Both the position numbers and the translations under genes were made by a program. Shown piece by piece: positions 46,528 to 57,001 of a DNA stretch of 58,325 nucleotides (the stretch's first letter is position 1; each line of letters opens with the position of its first letter). The DNA is from Vicinamibacteria bacterium (GTDB taxonomy: Bacteria; Acidobacteriota; Vicinamibacteria; Vicinamibacterales; UBA8438), in the NCBI GenBank assembly GCA_963577695.1, contig CAUZAY010000001.1, positions 1-58,325 on the forward strand, written 5' to 3'. Under the pieces are notes generated by a model. That model was not told where the DNA came from, did no database searches, and saw nothing but the letters and a program-made list of their open reading frames with translations.

Positions 46528-47868
46528 CTACAAGCCGGCAAGCGTGCCGGTGCTGTCGGCGATCTGGTCGACCTGCACGTCGACTTTCTCGAGCACGCTC
46601 AGCCCGAGGTTCATGAACGGTGTGTGCAACGGATATTTCAAGTGGCGATTGCCGGCCAGACGTCCGGCGCCGCCACCGACGAGCGCGACCGGCAGGTCGA
46701 ACGGCGTGTGGTGGTCCCCGTCGCCCATCCCGCAGCCGTAGAGAAGCATGCTGTGGTCGAGCAAGGTGCCGTCGCCATCCGGCGTCGCTCGCATTTTCTC
46801 GACAAACCGCGCGAACAACGACAGGTGATAGACGTTCACCTTCGTGTACTGCTCGACGTTGTGCGGCTCCATCTGATGATGGGAAATCGTGTGATGCCCC
46901 TCCGGCACCCCGATGTCGGGATAGGTGCGGCCACTCTGCTCGCGGGCCATCTGGGTACAGCTCACCCGGGTGACGTCAGCCTGGTAGGCGAGCAGCAGCA
47001 GGTCGTAGAGCAGCTTCACGTGCTCGTCGTAAGTGTCAGGCACCCCAGACGGCTGCTCCAGTGACGGCAGTGGCGTGGCCGCGTTTGTCTGCTCGGCCCG
47101 CTGTATGCGGCGCTCGACCTCCCGCACGGTCTGCAGGTAGTCGTCGACCATGTGGCGGTCGCCGGCGCCCAGTCGATGTCTGAGATCGCCGAGTCGACCG
47201 GTCACCGCATCCAGGATGCTGCGGTCCGTGCGCATGTCGGCCAATCGCGCCGAGACGCTGCCCCCGTCCCCGAACATGCGCTGGAAGACCACCCGCGGAT
47301 CCCGCTCGTGCGGCAACGGGGTCGTGTCGTCCCGCCAGGAGGTCGAGTTCAGATACGCGCAGGCGTAACCGTTCTCGCAGTTCCCGACCAGAAAGTTAGA
47401 GTCCGCCGTCAGCTCAAGCGACCGCAGCGAGGTCTCGGCTCCCAGCCGATCGGCGGCGTACTGATCCACGGTCTTGCCGGCCCGCAGATCGGCCCCTTCC
47501 GTCTTATACGGGAGCACGCCGTTCAGCCAACCCGCGTGCGCACGACTGTGCACCCCGCCGCCTTCGTTGGGGCTGACCACACCGCGATTGCTCAGACCGC
47601 TCACGACCGTGAGTTGATCGCGAAATGGGGCCAACGGCTCGAGGATCGGCGTCATCCCGAAGTTCGATCCGCCGTCGCCGGCCGGATGAAAGTTCGGCAG
47701 GAACATGCCGTTCGGCCCGTAGAAGAAGCCGAGACGGCGCACCGGCGGGGCAGCGGTTTGCGCGCGCGCCAGCGCCGGGACCATCGCGTCGAGAAAAGGC
47801 ACGGCCAGCGTCGCGCCGAGCCCGCGAAGCACGGTGCGCCGAGACAGCGAGGTCTTGGTAATGATCAT
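46528..47868 (-). CDS. DUF1552 (HxxSHH) domain protein with Tat-like signal, paralogue 2
   Basis: MIITKTSLSRRTVLRGLGATLAVPFLDAM and EGHHTISHH. The ATG overlaps the upstream stop (ATGA, 47865..47868). Confidence 0.85.
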   Translation of the reverse strand: MIITKTSLSRRTVLRGLGATLAVPFLDAMVPALARAQTAAPPVRRLGFFYGPNGMFLPNFHPAGDGGSNFGMTPILEPLAPFRDQLTVVSGLSNRGVVSPNEGGGVHSRAHAGWLNGVLPYKTEGADLRAGKTVDQYAADRLGAETSLRSLELTADSNFLVGNCENGYACAYLNSTSWRDDTTPLPHERDPRVVFQRMFGDGGSVSARLADMRTDRSILDAVTGRLGDLRHRLGAGDRHMVDDYLQTVREVERRIQRAEQTNAATPLPSLEQPSGVPDTYDEHVKLLYDLLLLAYQADVTRVSCTQMAREQSGRTYPDIGVPEGHHTISHHQMEPHNVEQYTKVNVYHLSLFARFVEKMRATPDGDGTLLDHSMLLYGCGMGDGDHHTPFDLPVALVGGGAGRLAGNRHLKYPLHTPFMNLGLSVLEKVDVQVDQIADSTGTLAGL

Positions 47869-50282
47869 GATTCCGCAGCCCTCATCAAGAACGGCTCGCT
47901 CCGCACGATGCCGAGAATGATCGACTGGAACGGATAGCCGTCAGCCTCCGTCTCGCGCAGAATTCGGCGAATAGCCGGCATGTCGTAATACTCGATACCC
48001 CGCCCCAACGCATAGGTCAGGAGCTTTTCCGTCACGGTCATGACGAACCGCTCCGGATGCGCGGTGAGCGCCTCGCGCAGCCCGGCGGCGCCGTCGAACG
48101 CCGTGCCGTCGGGTAGCACCCCTGAGGCGTCGATCTGATTGTACGACTCATCGACGTCTCGCCACCGGCCGATCGCGTCGAAATGTTCCAGCGCAAACCC
48201 AGCCGGGTCGATCATCGCGTGACACGCCGCGCACGCCGGATTGTCCCGATGCGCGCGCATCCGCTCGCGCATGGTCGCCGTCTTCGCCTGCGTCTTGCGG
48301 TCAGCCAGCGCCGGCACGTTCGGGGGCGGGTCTGGTGGCGGGGTGCCCAGCACGTTGTTCAGGATCCACTTGCCTCGCAACACCGGCGACGTTCGGATCG
48401 CGTGCGAGGTCAGGGTGAGGATACTCCCGTGTCCCAGAATGCCCCCGCGCGGGCTGTCGGGGGGCAACGCCACGCGACGAAAGTGGCTGTCCACCACGTT
48501 CGGGATGCCGTAGTGGGTGGCCAATCGTTCGTTGAGATAGGTGTAGTCGGCGTCCAGCAGATCCAGCACGCTGCGGTCCTCGCGCACGACGCTGTCGAAG
48601 AACAGTTCCGTCTCGCGGATAAAACTCTGCCGCAGGTTTTCGTCGAACGCCAGCGAGTACGGGTCGCCGGGACGCACCGACGGGTCGGCCAGGTTGCGGA
48701 ACTGGAGCCACTGGCCGGCGAAGTTCTCGGTCAGCGCCTGTGATTTCGGATCGGCGATCATCCGCCGCACCTGGCGTTCGAGCTCAGCCGGCTCGCTCAG
48801 GCGTCCATCCTCGGCGACGGTCAGGAGCGCGTCGTCGGGAATGCTGCTCCAGAGGAAGAACGACAGCCGCGAGGCCAGCTCGAGATCGCCGACCCGATAC
48901 CCGCCAGACGGCGGCGCGTCCACCGGATCGGTCTCGAGACGGAACAGGAAGTCAGGGCTGGCCAGCAGATAGCGGAGCGCCATCTCGATGCCAGTCTCGA
49001 AGTCGTCGCCGTCGTCGCGCGCCGCGTCGTAGAACCCGAGCAGTACACGCACGTCGTCGTCGGTGGCCGGTCGGCGGTAGGCGCGGCGGGCCAGCGCGCC
49101 GAGAATCGCTGCGGCGCACCCGGCCTCGTCGGACGACGCCGACGGGTCGCATACGAACAGCTGACGCCGGCTGGGCGTGTCGCCGGACCCGCGAGCGTCA
49201 TACGGACCGGCGATGGTCACGCTGCGCACCGTCGGAATCGCGCCGGCGACGCCACCGCGACGCGGGTTCTGGAACGGCTCACGCACCTGCTCGACCAGCG
49301 CCGCCGAGTTGCGGTAGAAGGTGACACCGATATCGTGCGGTCCGGCCGACACCGGCACTCGCACCGTCAGACCGCCACCGGTGAGACCGGGATGCGGTTC
49401 CGTTCCCGGACCGAGCGTCACCAGCTCGACCTGGTCTCCATCCACGGTGACCTCGAAGCGGTGTGGCACGCGGCCGCTGCGAGTGCGCGCCAACTCGACC
49501 TGAATCTCGTACTCGGCATCCTGGGAAAACAGATGGCTGACCACCGTGCCGCCGCGCGTACCGAACCCCAACATCTCGACCCGGTCGTGCTGCTGCATGT
49601 CGGTCGCGATGCGATAGGTATCGGACGTCACGGCGGGCGGTGGACTCCCCACCGCCAACCGGCTCACGGTCTTGGCGGCGGCCAGATACCGCTCGAGCAG
49701 CGACTGGGACAACCGCAGCGCGTCACCAATATTGTCGAACCCACGGCTCGAGTCGTCGGCCGGGAGCAGATCCGCCACGGGGACGTCGAGTGCCAGCAGG
49801 TCACGAACCGCGTTGCGATACTCGACACGATTGAGCCGGTGCAGAGACGCCGTCCGACCGGGGTTCGGACGCGACGCCGCGGCGTTGTCGAGTTCCGTTT
49901 CCAGCCAGGTCAGCAACGCGCGTTCCTCCGCCGCGTCGGGCCGAGGGCGCCCGGCCGGCGGCATCATGCCACCCCGCAGCTTCCGTACCACCTGTTCCCA
50001 GGATTCGGCGTTGTCGCCGACCGCGTCCAGATCGAGGGTGTCGAGTGTCAGTCCGATGGCGCGCAACTGACTGACCAGGGGCGACGGCGCGGTCCCCGCG
50101 CCCTGCACGATCTGTTCGCTGTGGCAGGTGACGCAGTAGCGGTCGAGCAGCGCACGCGGCTCGTCTGCGGCGGCGTCCGACCGCTGGCCAGCAGCGACGG
50201 GGTCCGCCGGGACCATGCCCGTCATGAGCAGCGTCGACACGAACCCGATGATGGCGAATCGCTTGTGAAGCACAGTTGTCAC
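47865..50282 (-). CDS. DUF1592-family multidomain haem c protein, paralogue 2
   Basis: CVTCHSEQ near the N-terminus and CAACHAMIDPAGFALEHFD near the C-terminus. The GTG start overlaps the PQQ dehydrogenase stop (GTGA, 50279..50282). Confidence 0.85.
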   Translation of the reverse strand: MTTVLHKRFAIIGFVSTLLMTGMVPADPVAAGQRSDAAADEPRALLDRYCVTCHSEQIVQGAGTAPSPLVSQLRAIGLTLDTLDLDAVGDNAESWEQVVRKLRGGMMPPAGRPRPDAAEERALLTWLETELDNAAASRPNPGRTASLHRLNRVEYRNAVRDLLALDVPVADLLPADDSSRGFDNIGDALRLSQSLLERYLAAAKTVSRLAVGSPPPAVTSDTYRIATDMQQHDRVEMLGFGTRGGTVVSHLFSQDAEYEIQVELARTRSGRVPHRFEVTVDGDQVELVTLGPGTEPHPGLTGGGLTVRVPVSAGPHDIGVTFYRNSAALVEQVREPFQNPRRGGVAGAIPTVRSVTIAGPYDARGSGDTPSRRQLFVCDPSASSDEAGCAAAILGALARRAYRRPATDDDVRVLLGFYDAARDDGDDFETGIEMALRYLLASPDFLFRLETDPVDAPPSGGYRVGDLELASRLSFFLWSSIPDDALLTVAEDGRLSEPAELERQVRRMIADPKSQALTENFAGQWLQFRNLADPSVRPGDPYSLAFDENLRQSFIRETELFFDSVVREDRSVLDLLDADYTYLNERLATHYGIPNVVDSHFRRVALPPDSPRGGILGHGSILTLTSHAIRTSPVLRGKWILNNVLGTPPPDPPPNVPALADRKTQAKTATMRERMRAHRDNPACAACHAMIDPAGFALEHFDAIGRWRDVDESYNQIDASGVLPDGTAFDGAAGLREALTAHPERFVMTVTEKLLTYALGRGIEYYDMPAIRRILRETEADGYPFQSIILGIVRSEPFLMRAAES

Positions 50283-52336
50283 TGGGGTAGCGCGAGCGCG
50301 ATGAGTCCGGGGGCGCCCTGGCCGCCAACGGTCAGCGCAATGTATTGCACGCCATCGAGCATGTAGGTCATGGGGGTGCCGATGGCCCCACCGCCCAGGT
50401 CCACAGACCCCACCGGCTGCCCGGTCGTCTTGTCATAGGCGACCAGCCGGGGACCACCATCGGTCCCACCGGCCGTCAGCGCGTGAATGAGCAGGGTCTT
50501 GGTCAACACCGGACCGCTCCGACTGTCGTCGCCCCCTAGCGGCGGGAGGTCGAGACCGCGGAGCATCGGGTGATTGCGAATACGGTCGCCGTTGCCGAGC
50601 GGTGTCATCCAGACATGCTCGCCGGTGTTCATGTCGATGGCGGTCATCCTCGAATACGGCGGTTTCCAAAGCGGCAGCCCTTGGGGCATCTGTGGGCGGC
50701 GATCAGGGTTGCCCGCCTCGATGAACGAGGCACCCCCGCGGCTCAGGATGTAATCGAGCGTCGAGGGCTCACCGGCGTCCGGACGCCGGAACCGCATGAC
50801 CGAATGCACGTTGCGCGACGGCACGTAGAGAATGCCGGTCTCGGGATCGACCGCGGCGCCGGACCAGTTGGCCCCACCGCCGGCGCTGGGTCGAAAGATG
50901 GTGCCCTGGAGCGACAGCGGTGTGAACAGCGGGCCCAGCCGGAACCCCTCGACCGCCTCCACCGCCATTTGCCGAATCTCAGGCGTGAAATCGACCAGAT
51001 CGTCGAGGGTGGCCCCTTGCGTGTCGAACGGCGCCGGGCGGGTGGGGAACGGCTGGGTCGGTGACAGGACCTCCCCCTCCAGGTCGGTCTCGGTGTTCAC
51101 CTCGCGTTCGTCGATCGGCCAGATTGGCTCGCCGGTCACCCGGTCGAACGCGTAGACGAACCCTTGTTTGGTGACCTGCGCGACCGCCTTGATGTCACGC
51201 CCGTCGACGGTGATATCGAGCAGGTTCGGCGCCGTCGGGTTGTCGTAGTCCCAGACCCCGTGATGCACCATCTGGAAGTGCCACACGCGCTGTCCGGTTT
51301 GCAGGTCGACCGCCACCAGGCTTTCGGCAAACAAGTTATCACCCGGTCGGTGTCCGCCATAGTAGTCGGATGTCGGCGTGCTTGTCGGCAGATAGACATA
51401 CCCGAGTTCCGGGTCCACGCTCATGTTCGACCAGCTGTTGGCGTTCCCCGAATAGCGCCACGACTCGTTCAGCCAGGTCTCGCTGCCGAACTCGTCGGCG
51501 CTCTGCGGAATGTTGTGGAAATCCCACCGGTGCCGGCCCGTGCGAGCGTCGTAGGCGCGCGCGAACCCCGGGGGCATCTCCTTGGTGATGCTGAAGTCGT
51601 TGATCGACGACCCCACGATGATGGTGTCACCGACCACCAACGGCGCCGACTGTGACGAGAGCGGCAGCAGGTTCAAGTTGTCGCGCTGGCCGCGCGTGGC
51701 GCGTGGCAGGTTCTCGGTCAGGTCGACGCGCCCGGCGTCGCCGAACTCGGCCGCCGGCAACCCGGTCTTCGCATCGACCGACACCAGGAACCCGTCGCCG
51801 GTGCCCCACACGACCCTGGCCTCGTCGCCGTTCTCCCAGTAGCCCACGCCTCGGTGCGCCCACGGCGCCGGGGCCGGCGTGCCGGCTTCGTAGATGCGCG
51901 GATCGTGCACCCACAGCGTCGCTCCCGTCCTCGCGTCGATGGCCGCGGCCTGATAGAGCGGGGTACTCAGATACAGCACGCCGTCGACCATCAGCGGCGT
52001 CGCCACCAACCGACCGGCCCCCGGTCGTGTCACCCAGCGGTCTGGCTCTTCCTCCTCGAGCAGGTCGAACAGCGTCCCGGCCGGTACGACCGACGCGCCA
52101 CGCTCTCCTTCGACGATCAAGTGCGTGTCGGCGGTACGCCATCGCCAGACCACCTCGAGGTCCCCGAAGTTGTCAGCGGTAATCTGGTCGAGCGGGGAGT
52201 ATTTCGAACTGTAAGTGTCGGCCGCATAGGTGCGCCACTCGCCGTTCCGCGCCCCCGGCTGGGCGGTCACCGGCGCCGGCAGACACGCCAGACCCAGGAA
52301 TCCGAGGATCGGTATGGTCAAGCAGCGACTGGACAT
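50279..52336 (-). CDS. PQQ-dependent dehydrogenase (soluble, glucose/quinate-type propeller)
   Basis: Signal peptide MSSRCLTIPILGFLGLACLPAPVTAQ from ATG 52336, then GEWRTYAADTYSSKYSPLDQI and repeated W-motif blades (..GATLWVHD.., ..GQRVWHFQMVHHGVWDYD.., ..GEPIWP.., ..GEHVW..). Confidence 0.8.
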   Translation of the reverse strand: MSSRCLTIPILGFLGLACLPAPVTAQPGARNGEWRTYAADTYSSKYSPLDQITADNFGDLEVVWRWRTADTHLIVEGERGASVVPAGTLFDLLEEEEPDRWVTRPGAGRLVATPLMVDGVLYLSTPLYQAAAIDARTGATLWVHDPRIYEAGTPAPAPWAHRGVGYWENGDEARVVWGTGDGFLVSVDAKTGLPAAEFGDAGRVDLTENLPRATRGQRDNLNLLPLSSQSAPLVVGDTIIVGSSINDFSITKEMPPGFARAYDARTGRHRWDFHNIPQSADEFGSETWLNESWRYSGNANSWSNMSVDPELGYVYLPTSTPTSDYYGGHRPGDNLFAESLVAVDLQTGQRVWHFQMVHHGVWDYDNPTAPNLLDITVDGRDIKAVAQVTKQGFVYAFDRVTGEPIWPIDEREVNTETDLEGEVLSPTQPFPTRPAPFDTQGATLDDLVDFTPEIRQMAVEAVEGFRLGPLFTPLSLQGTIFRPSAGGGANWSGAAVDPETGILYVPSRNVHSVMRFRRPDAGEPSTLDYILSRGGASFIEAGNPDRRPQMPQGLPLWKPPYSRMTAIDMNTGEHVWMTPLGNGDRIRNHPMLRGLDLPPLGGDDSRSGPVLTKTLLIHALTAGGTDGGPRLVAYDKTTGQPVGSVDLGGGAIGTPMTYMLDGVQYIALTVGGQGAPGLIALALPQ

Positions 52337-52477
52337 CGGTGACTCAGACGGCACGCGGGACACACGGATACCGGCTCAGTCTACGCTTTTCAGGAACTCC
52401 GTTCCAGACAACGTGCGGCCCGATCAGCTTACGAACTACCAAGCCCGCTTGTAGTGGTCAGGTCTACCCGGCCCGAG

Positions 52478-53929
52478 TCACGGCAGGACTTCTCTGACGA
52501 CCCCGTCGTGTTTGTTCATCAGGAAGATCCGGCCGTCCGGCCCCGTGCCAAAGCGCAGATCCACACGCACGGCGGGTTCGAACCCCAACGCGCGGGTCTT
52601 CTCGGCGACCAGTTGGAGCAGTGTCTTGACGTCGGCGCCGTCGCGGAGCAACACCCGGCGAATCGCATCTTGTCCGCCATCGGGCAGGTCGTCGGCCGAC
52701 AGGTGAAAGATTTCGCCTTGCGGGAAATCCGAGAACAACACACGGTCCTGCAGTTGCGGGATGGCGTCGTGTCGATACACGAGCACGCCCCCCGCGGCCG
52801 ATCGGGACTGCAGCAGTGGATCGAGCTGGCCGTATTCGACGACCGGGTAGGTGATCCCGGGCTCGCTCCGCTGGTCGTTGAGATCGACGGCCTGGCGACT
52901 GATGAAGCGGAAGCTCCCTTCCCAACTGCTCCACCCCAGGTCAGCACCAGCGGTGACCAGACTTAGCTCTTCGACGATGTTCTGACCGATGTCGGTGACG
53001 AACATGTTGCCGTTCACCTGATCCCAGGCGAGGCCCTGCGGGTTTCTGAGACCGGAGGCGAAGATCTCAGGAAGCGTCTGGTCGAGCCCGTCTCCGGCGT
53101 AGGGATTGTCGGGCGGGATCCCGTACTGGCCGTTCCGGCTGTCGGAGCCCACCGGCTGAACCCGCAAGATCTTGCCGAACGCCACCCCGAGGTTCTGACC
53201 GAGATCCATCGGATCGCCGCCGCTGCCCCCGTCAGCGAGACCGACATAGAGCATGCCGAAGTCGGGATCACCCGGGGTCGCGAACGGGTTGAACGCAATG
53301 TACCCGCCGTTGTGGTTGCGGAACGGCTGTTCGACCCTGAGCAGCATCCGTGGCGGTCCGCCGTCGTACGAGGCCGCCCCGGCGTCGCGGGCGGAGAACT
53401 CGACCAGCACGGTGTCGTGCGAGTCCTGGCCTCCACCCGACACGAAGTCCGGCTCCGGGGCCGTGTCTCGCGTGTCCATCCAGGCGTACAGCCTGCCGTA
53501 GCCGGCGGTCCCCGCCACGCCGAACTGGGGGTGCAACGCGAAGCTCTGGACCCCTTGCTCGCGCCCGGCAAACTCCACCGGAAGGCCCCACCGGGGGTCG
53601 TTGATATCCAGATAGAGCGCCACCTCGCCGCCATAGCCGATCGTGTAGACGGGCCCCTGCATGTCGTTGACGAACAAACGCCCCGACTCGGGCTCGTCGA
53701 CGAGACGCATCGGGCGTGCCCGCTTCCCCGCCACGTCCGGGAGGGTCGCAAACTCGGTGTACCCAACGACGATCACCCCCTCAGACGCCTCGATCGGGTC
53801 AGGAAAGGGATCGTTGGGCACCTGCGCGCGGGCCGCGATGCTGGCAAACATGACCGTGGCGGCTGCGACGGCACCGGCCAGAGCCGATCGCGCAATCAGC
53901 GTCACCGACGTCATCTTCATCTCACCCAT
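52478..53929 (-). CDS. PQQ-dependent sugar dehydrogenase (sGDH/YliI-like six-bladed propeller)
   Basis: Signal peptide ..AVAAATVMFASIAARAQ, then ..FRNHNGGYIAFNP.., ..GLRNPQGLAWD..GNMFVTDIGQN..EE... The start is one of the ATGs at 53929, 53920 or 53914. Confidence 0.8.
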   Translation of the reverse strand: MGEMKMTSVTLIARSALAGAVAAATVMFASIAARAQVPNDPFPDPIEASEGVIVVGYTEFATLPDVAGKRARPMRLVDEPESGRLFVNDMQGPVYTIGYGGEVALYLDINDPRWGLPVEFAGREQGVQSFALHPQFGVAGTAGYGRLYAWMDTRDTAPEPDFVSGGGQDSHDTVLVEFSARDAGAASYDGGPPRMLLRVEQPFRNHNGGYIAFNPFATPGDPDFGMLYVGLADGGSGGDPMDLGQNLGVAFGKILRVQPVGSDSRNGQYGIPPDNPYAGDGLDQTLPEIFASGLRNPQGLAWDQVNGNMFVTDIGQNIVEELSLVTAGADLGWSSWEGSFRFISRQAVDLNDQRSEPGITYPVVEYGQLDPLLQSRSAAGGVLVYRHDAIPQLQDRVLFSDFPQGEIFHLSADDLPDGGQDAIRRVLLRDGADVKTLLQLVAEKTRALGFEPAVRVDLRFGTGPDGRIFLMNKHDGVVREVLP

Positions 53930-53972
53930 CTCGTCACCGCGCCGGCGGTCAGGCTGCCGGCCAACCGGGCCA

Positions 53973-56138
53973 TTACACGCGCGCGAGGTCGTGATGCTTG
54001 ATCGGAAGGTCCCGGACACGAATACCGGTTGCCGCGAAAATGGCGTTGGTGACCGCGGCCGCGATCGGCGGGACCCCCGGTTCACCCAATCCGCCCGGAC
54101 GCGTGTCAGACCGAATGAACTCGACGCTGATGCGTGGCGCATCGGCCAGGTGAATCATTTGATGGTCGCCGAAGTTGGTCTGGACGACACGGCCCTCCGC
54201 AATCGTGATCTCCCCCACCATGGCCGCCGACAGCCCGAAGATGATGCCGCCCTCGATCTGGGCCTTCGCCGAGTCGAGGTTGACGTAGTCACCGCAGTCG
54301 GCGACGGCGTGCACGTGACGGACCCGGAGCGTGCCCTCCCGAGACACGGCCACGTGCGCCACTTGCGCCACGATGGTCCCGAAGCTTTCGCACACCGCGA
54401 TTCCGCGGCCTTCACCCTCGGGCAGCGGACTGTCCCAGTCGGCCATGGCCGCGACCTTTTCCACGGCGGCCCGAAAGCGCGGCTCCTCGTCGAGCAAATC
54501 GCGTCGGAAGTGATAGGGGTCCTTGCCGGCAGCATGGGCCAACTCGTCGACAAACGACTCCTTGAAGAACCCGTGCTGCGAGTTGAGCACCGATCGCCAG
54601 GCCCCCAGTCGGATCGGATGCGCCGCGTCCCGCCCGTCTGCTTGCTTGTCGGCAATGGCATACGGCATGAACACCGACTCGCCATCGCCGCCGCCAGCGT
54701 AGTGGCAGGCGACCTTGAGCGGCCTGCCGTCCGCGTCGAGCGCCGCGGCGAACCGCGCCATACCGGCGGGCCGATAGTAGTCATGCTGGATGTCGTTCTC
54801 GCGGCTCCACACCAGCTTCACCGGTGTCGGGGACATCACCTTCGCGATACGAGCGGCGAGATCCACGTAGTCGAACGTAAAGGGCAGACGTCGTCCGTAG
54901 CCACCGCCCAACAGCAGGTTCGTGAGGTGAACCTGGTCAGGGTCGAGTTCGAGGGCGGCGGCGGCGACGGAGCGCGCGTTGAGCGGATCCTGGACGCCGG
55001 CCCAGACCTCGGCGCGATCACCGTCGACGCGCACCGTGGCCACCATCGGCTCCATCGTCGCGTGGGCGAGGAACGGGACCCGATAGTCCGCGGTCACCAC
55101 CTGTGCGGCCTCGTCCGGCATCGCGGGGGCCTCGCCGATCGACTCGTCGAAGGCGGCGAAGATCGAGGCGCTCGAGACGTTGCCGTGCCCGGCATCGTCG
55201 TAGGTCGGGGTCAGCGCGGCCAGTGCCACCCGGGCGCGCCAGTAGCTGTCGGCGACGACGGCCACCGCCTCGTCGAGCTGCACCACGCGGGTGACCCCCG
55301 GCATCGCCTCGGCCGGGGCGGGGTCGACCGAGACGAGCATGCCGCCCTGTACCGGTGCGATATCGACGGCGGCGTAGAGCATGCCCGGCAGCGTGAAGTC
55401 GATGCCGTAGACGGCGCTCCCGTCGACTTTGGGCGGAATGTCGAACCGCGGCGGGGACGTGCGACGCAGCGTGTAGGTCTCCGGGTCCTTCAGGTCGGGA
55501 CTCGAGGGCACCGGCTTCGCCGCCGCTGCCCTCGCCAACTCACCGAAGGTCGCACTCTGGCCGGAGCCGGCATGCGTCACCCGAGACTGGGTCGCCGCGC
55601 AGTCCGATGCGGCGACACCGAACCGGTCCGCCGCGGCCTCGAGCAGCATCTCCTTGGCGGCGGCGCCGGCCAGGCGCATGCCGTAATGCCCCGTGCCCCG
55701 GACAGCCGTCGAACCGCCCGTGGCCTGCGAGCCGAACCACCGCGCCAGCCGGTAGGAGCCATAGTCGACGGCCCGTCCCATGGGGGCCGGTATGGCATCG
55801 CCCACGAACGCACGGAGGATGAACGCGTTGGCATACATGTCGAGGGCCGGCGCCTCTTCGATCCGGACCTGGGCCCAGTCGGCCTCCATCTCCTCGGCCG
55901 CCATCATCGCCAGCCCCGTCAACGCCCCCTGTCCCATTTCGCAATGCGGGACGAGGATCGTCACGAGGTTGTCCGGCGTGACCGTGATCCAGGTCGTCAG
56001 TTCGCCCTTCTCTTCGGCGTCAGCGGACACGACGCTGTGTCGACTGGGCGAGAAGATGACACCGCCGATCCCCAGGACGAACCCGCCGCCGACCAGGCTC
56101 CCGGCGCCGATGAACGCGCGTCGTGTCCACCTACGCAT
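53973..56138 (-). CDS. Molybdopterin-binding subunit of a xanthine-dehydrogenase-family oxidoreductase (IorB/aldehyde-oxidase-type, Tat signal)
   Basis: MRRWTRRAFIGAGSLVGGGFVLG from ATG 56138 (AGGAG SD). The large two-domain body is typical of IorB-like beta subunits, and it directly follows the 2Fe-2S subunit gene. Confidence 0.85.
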   Translation of the reverse strand: MRRWTRRAFIGAGSLVGGGFVLGIGGVIFSPSRHSVVSADAEEKGELTTWITVTPDNLVTILVPHCEMGQGALTGLAMMAAEEMEADWAQVRIEEAPALDMYANAFILRAFVGDAIPAPMGRAVDYGSYRLARWFGSQATGGSTAVRGTGHYGMRLAGAAAKEMLLEAAADRFGVAASDCAATQSRVTHAGSGQSATFGELARAAAAKPVPSSPDLKDPETYTLRRTSPPRFDIPPKVDGSAVYGIDFTLPGMLYAAVDIAPVQGGMLVSVDPAPAEAMPGVTRVVQLDEAVAVVADSYWRARVALAALTPTYDDAGHGNVSSASIFAAFDESIGEAPAMPDEAAQVVTADYRVPFLAHATMEPMVATVRVDGDRAEVWAGVQDPLNARSVAAAALELDPDQVHLTNLLLGGGYGRRLPFTFDYVDLAARIAKVMSPTPVKLVWSRENDIQHDYYRPAGMARFAAALDADGRPLKVACHYAGGGDGESVFMPYAIADKQADGRDAAHPIRLGAWRSVLNSQHGFFKESFVDELAHAAGKDPYHFRRDLLDEEPRFRAAVEKVAAMADWDSPLPEGEGRGIAVCESFGTIVAQVAHVAVSREGTLRVRHVHAVADCGDYVNLDSAKAQIEGGIIFGLSAAMVGEITIAEGRVVQTNFGDHQMIHLADAPRISVEFIRSDTRPGGLGEPGVPPIAAAVTNAIFAATGIRVRDLPIKHHDLARV

Positions 56139-56154
56139 CGCGCTCCTCTTGGCC

Positions 56155-56625
56155 TTAGGCATCGCGCCCCTCCTTGCCGTCGCTGACCGCATGGATAGCC
56201 CGACGCACCCTGGCGAACGTGCCGCACCGACAGATGTTGGTGATGGTGGCGTCAATCTGCTCGTCGCTAGGATGGGGTCGCTCGTCGAGCATCGCCGTGA
56301 CAGCCATGATCATCCCCGACTGACAATACCCACACTGCGGTACCTGATGGGTAATCCACGCCTCCTGCACCTTGTGAAGCGTGCCATTGGTCGCCAGGCC
56401 TTCGATGGTCGTGACGGCCGAGCCCTCCGCGCCAGACACCGGAAATGAGCACGAGCGGACGGCCCGTCCTTCGATCTGCACGGTGCACGCGCCACACGCG
56501 CCGATGCCACAACCGAACTTCGTGCCGGTAAAACCCAGCGTGTCGCGAAGCACCCAGAGCAGTGGCGTCTCCGGTTCGACGTCCACTGAATGGGTCTGAC
56601 CATTCACGGTGAGGGTAATCGCCAT
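56155..56625 (-). CDS. (2Fe-2S)-binding small subunit of the same oxidoreductase
   Basis: [49 protein letters not shown]... and ..[26 protein letters not shown] before ATG 56625. Confidence 0.85.
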   Translation of the reverse strand: MAITLTVNGQTHSVDVEPETPLLWVLRDTLGFTGTKFGCGIGACGACTVQIEGRAVRSCSFPVSGAEGSAVTTIEGLATNGTLHKVQEAWITHQVPQCGYCQSGMIMAVTAMLDERPHPSDEQIDATITNICRCGTFARVRRAIHAVSDGKEGRDA

Positions 56626-57001
56626 CCGTGCCTCCAGTCGCGAATCAGATACCGACCTCGCCACGCCCGGTGAACTGGGAACTCACCGTGTGGTCAGCGC
56701 GAGCCGTTCGCGCCTATCGTAACGGGAAACGGCGGAACGTGCCGGTCGGTTCGAACCCCCGACCACACATGCGACATTGGTGTCCTTGCGCAACAGGGCG
56801 ACCTAATGCTGAGGACGGGGAGCGCCGTGCACTCCAGTAACGAAGGTGTCCGAGTGCATATTGGGGGCATTTGCCGAGTCTTCCAACGCACACGACACGG
56901 ATCCGCCGCTCGGAGTGTTGGAATAAATGGGTCCACCAGAGGGTCACACTGCATAACGGCGAGATTCGGAAGTAGAACCGCTGTACTATTGGGCGGATCC
57001 A

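Noticed and set aside
56744-56764. tRNA/tmRNA-like GGTCGG-TTCGAACCC-CCGACC (T-arm look-alike) upstream of the 2Fe-2S subunit gene
   Set aside because: The loop is 9 nt rather than the 7-nt T-loop. I could not build an acceptor, D or anticodon arm on either strand. It is most likely just a hairpin in the 5' region.
56626-57001. Possible Moco riboswitch in the 376-bp, somewhat AT-richer divergent region upstream of the molybdoenzyme genes
   Set aside because: I only found a CUCCGAG..CUCGG pairing about 300 nt from the ATG. I cannot reproduce the conserved Moco-motif architecture from memory with any confidence. An Rfam RF01055 scan would settle it.
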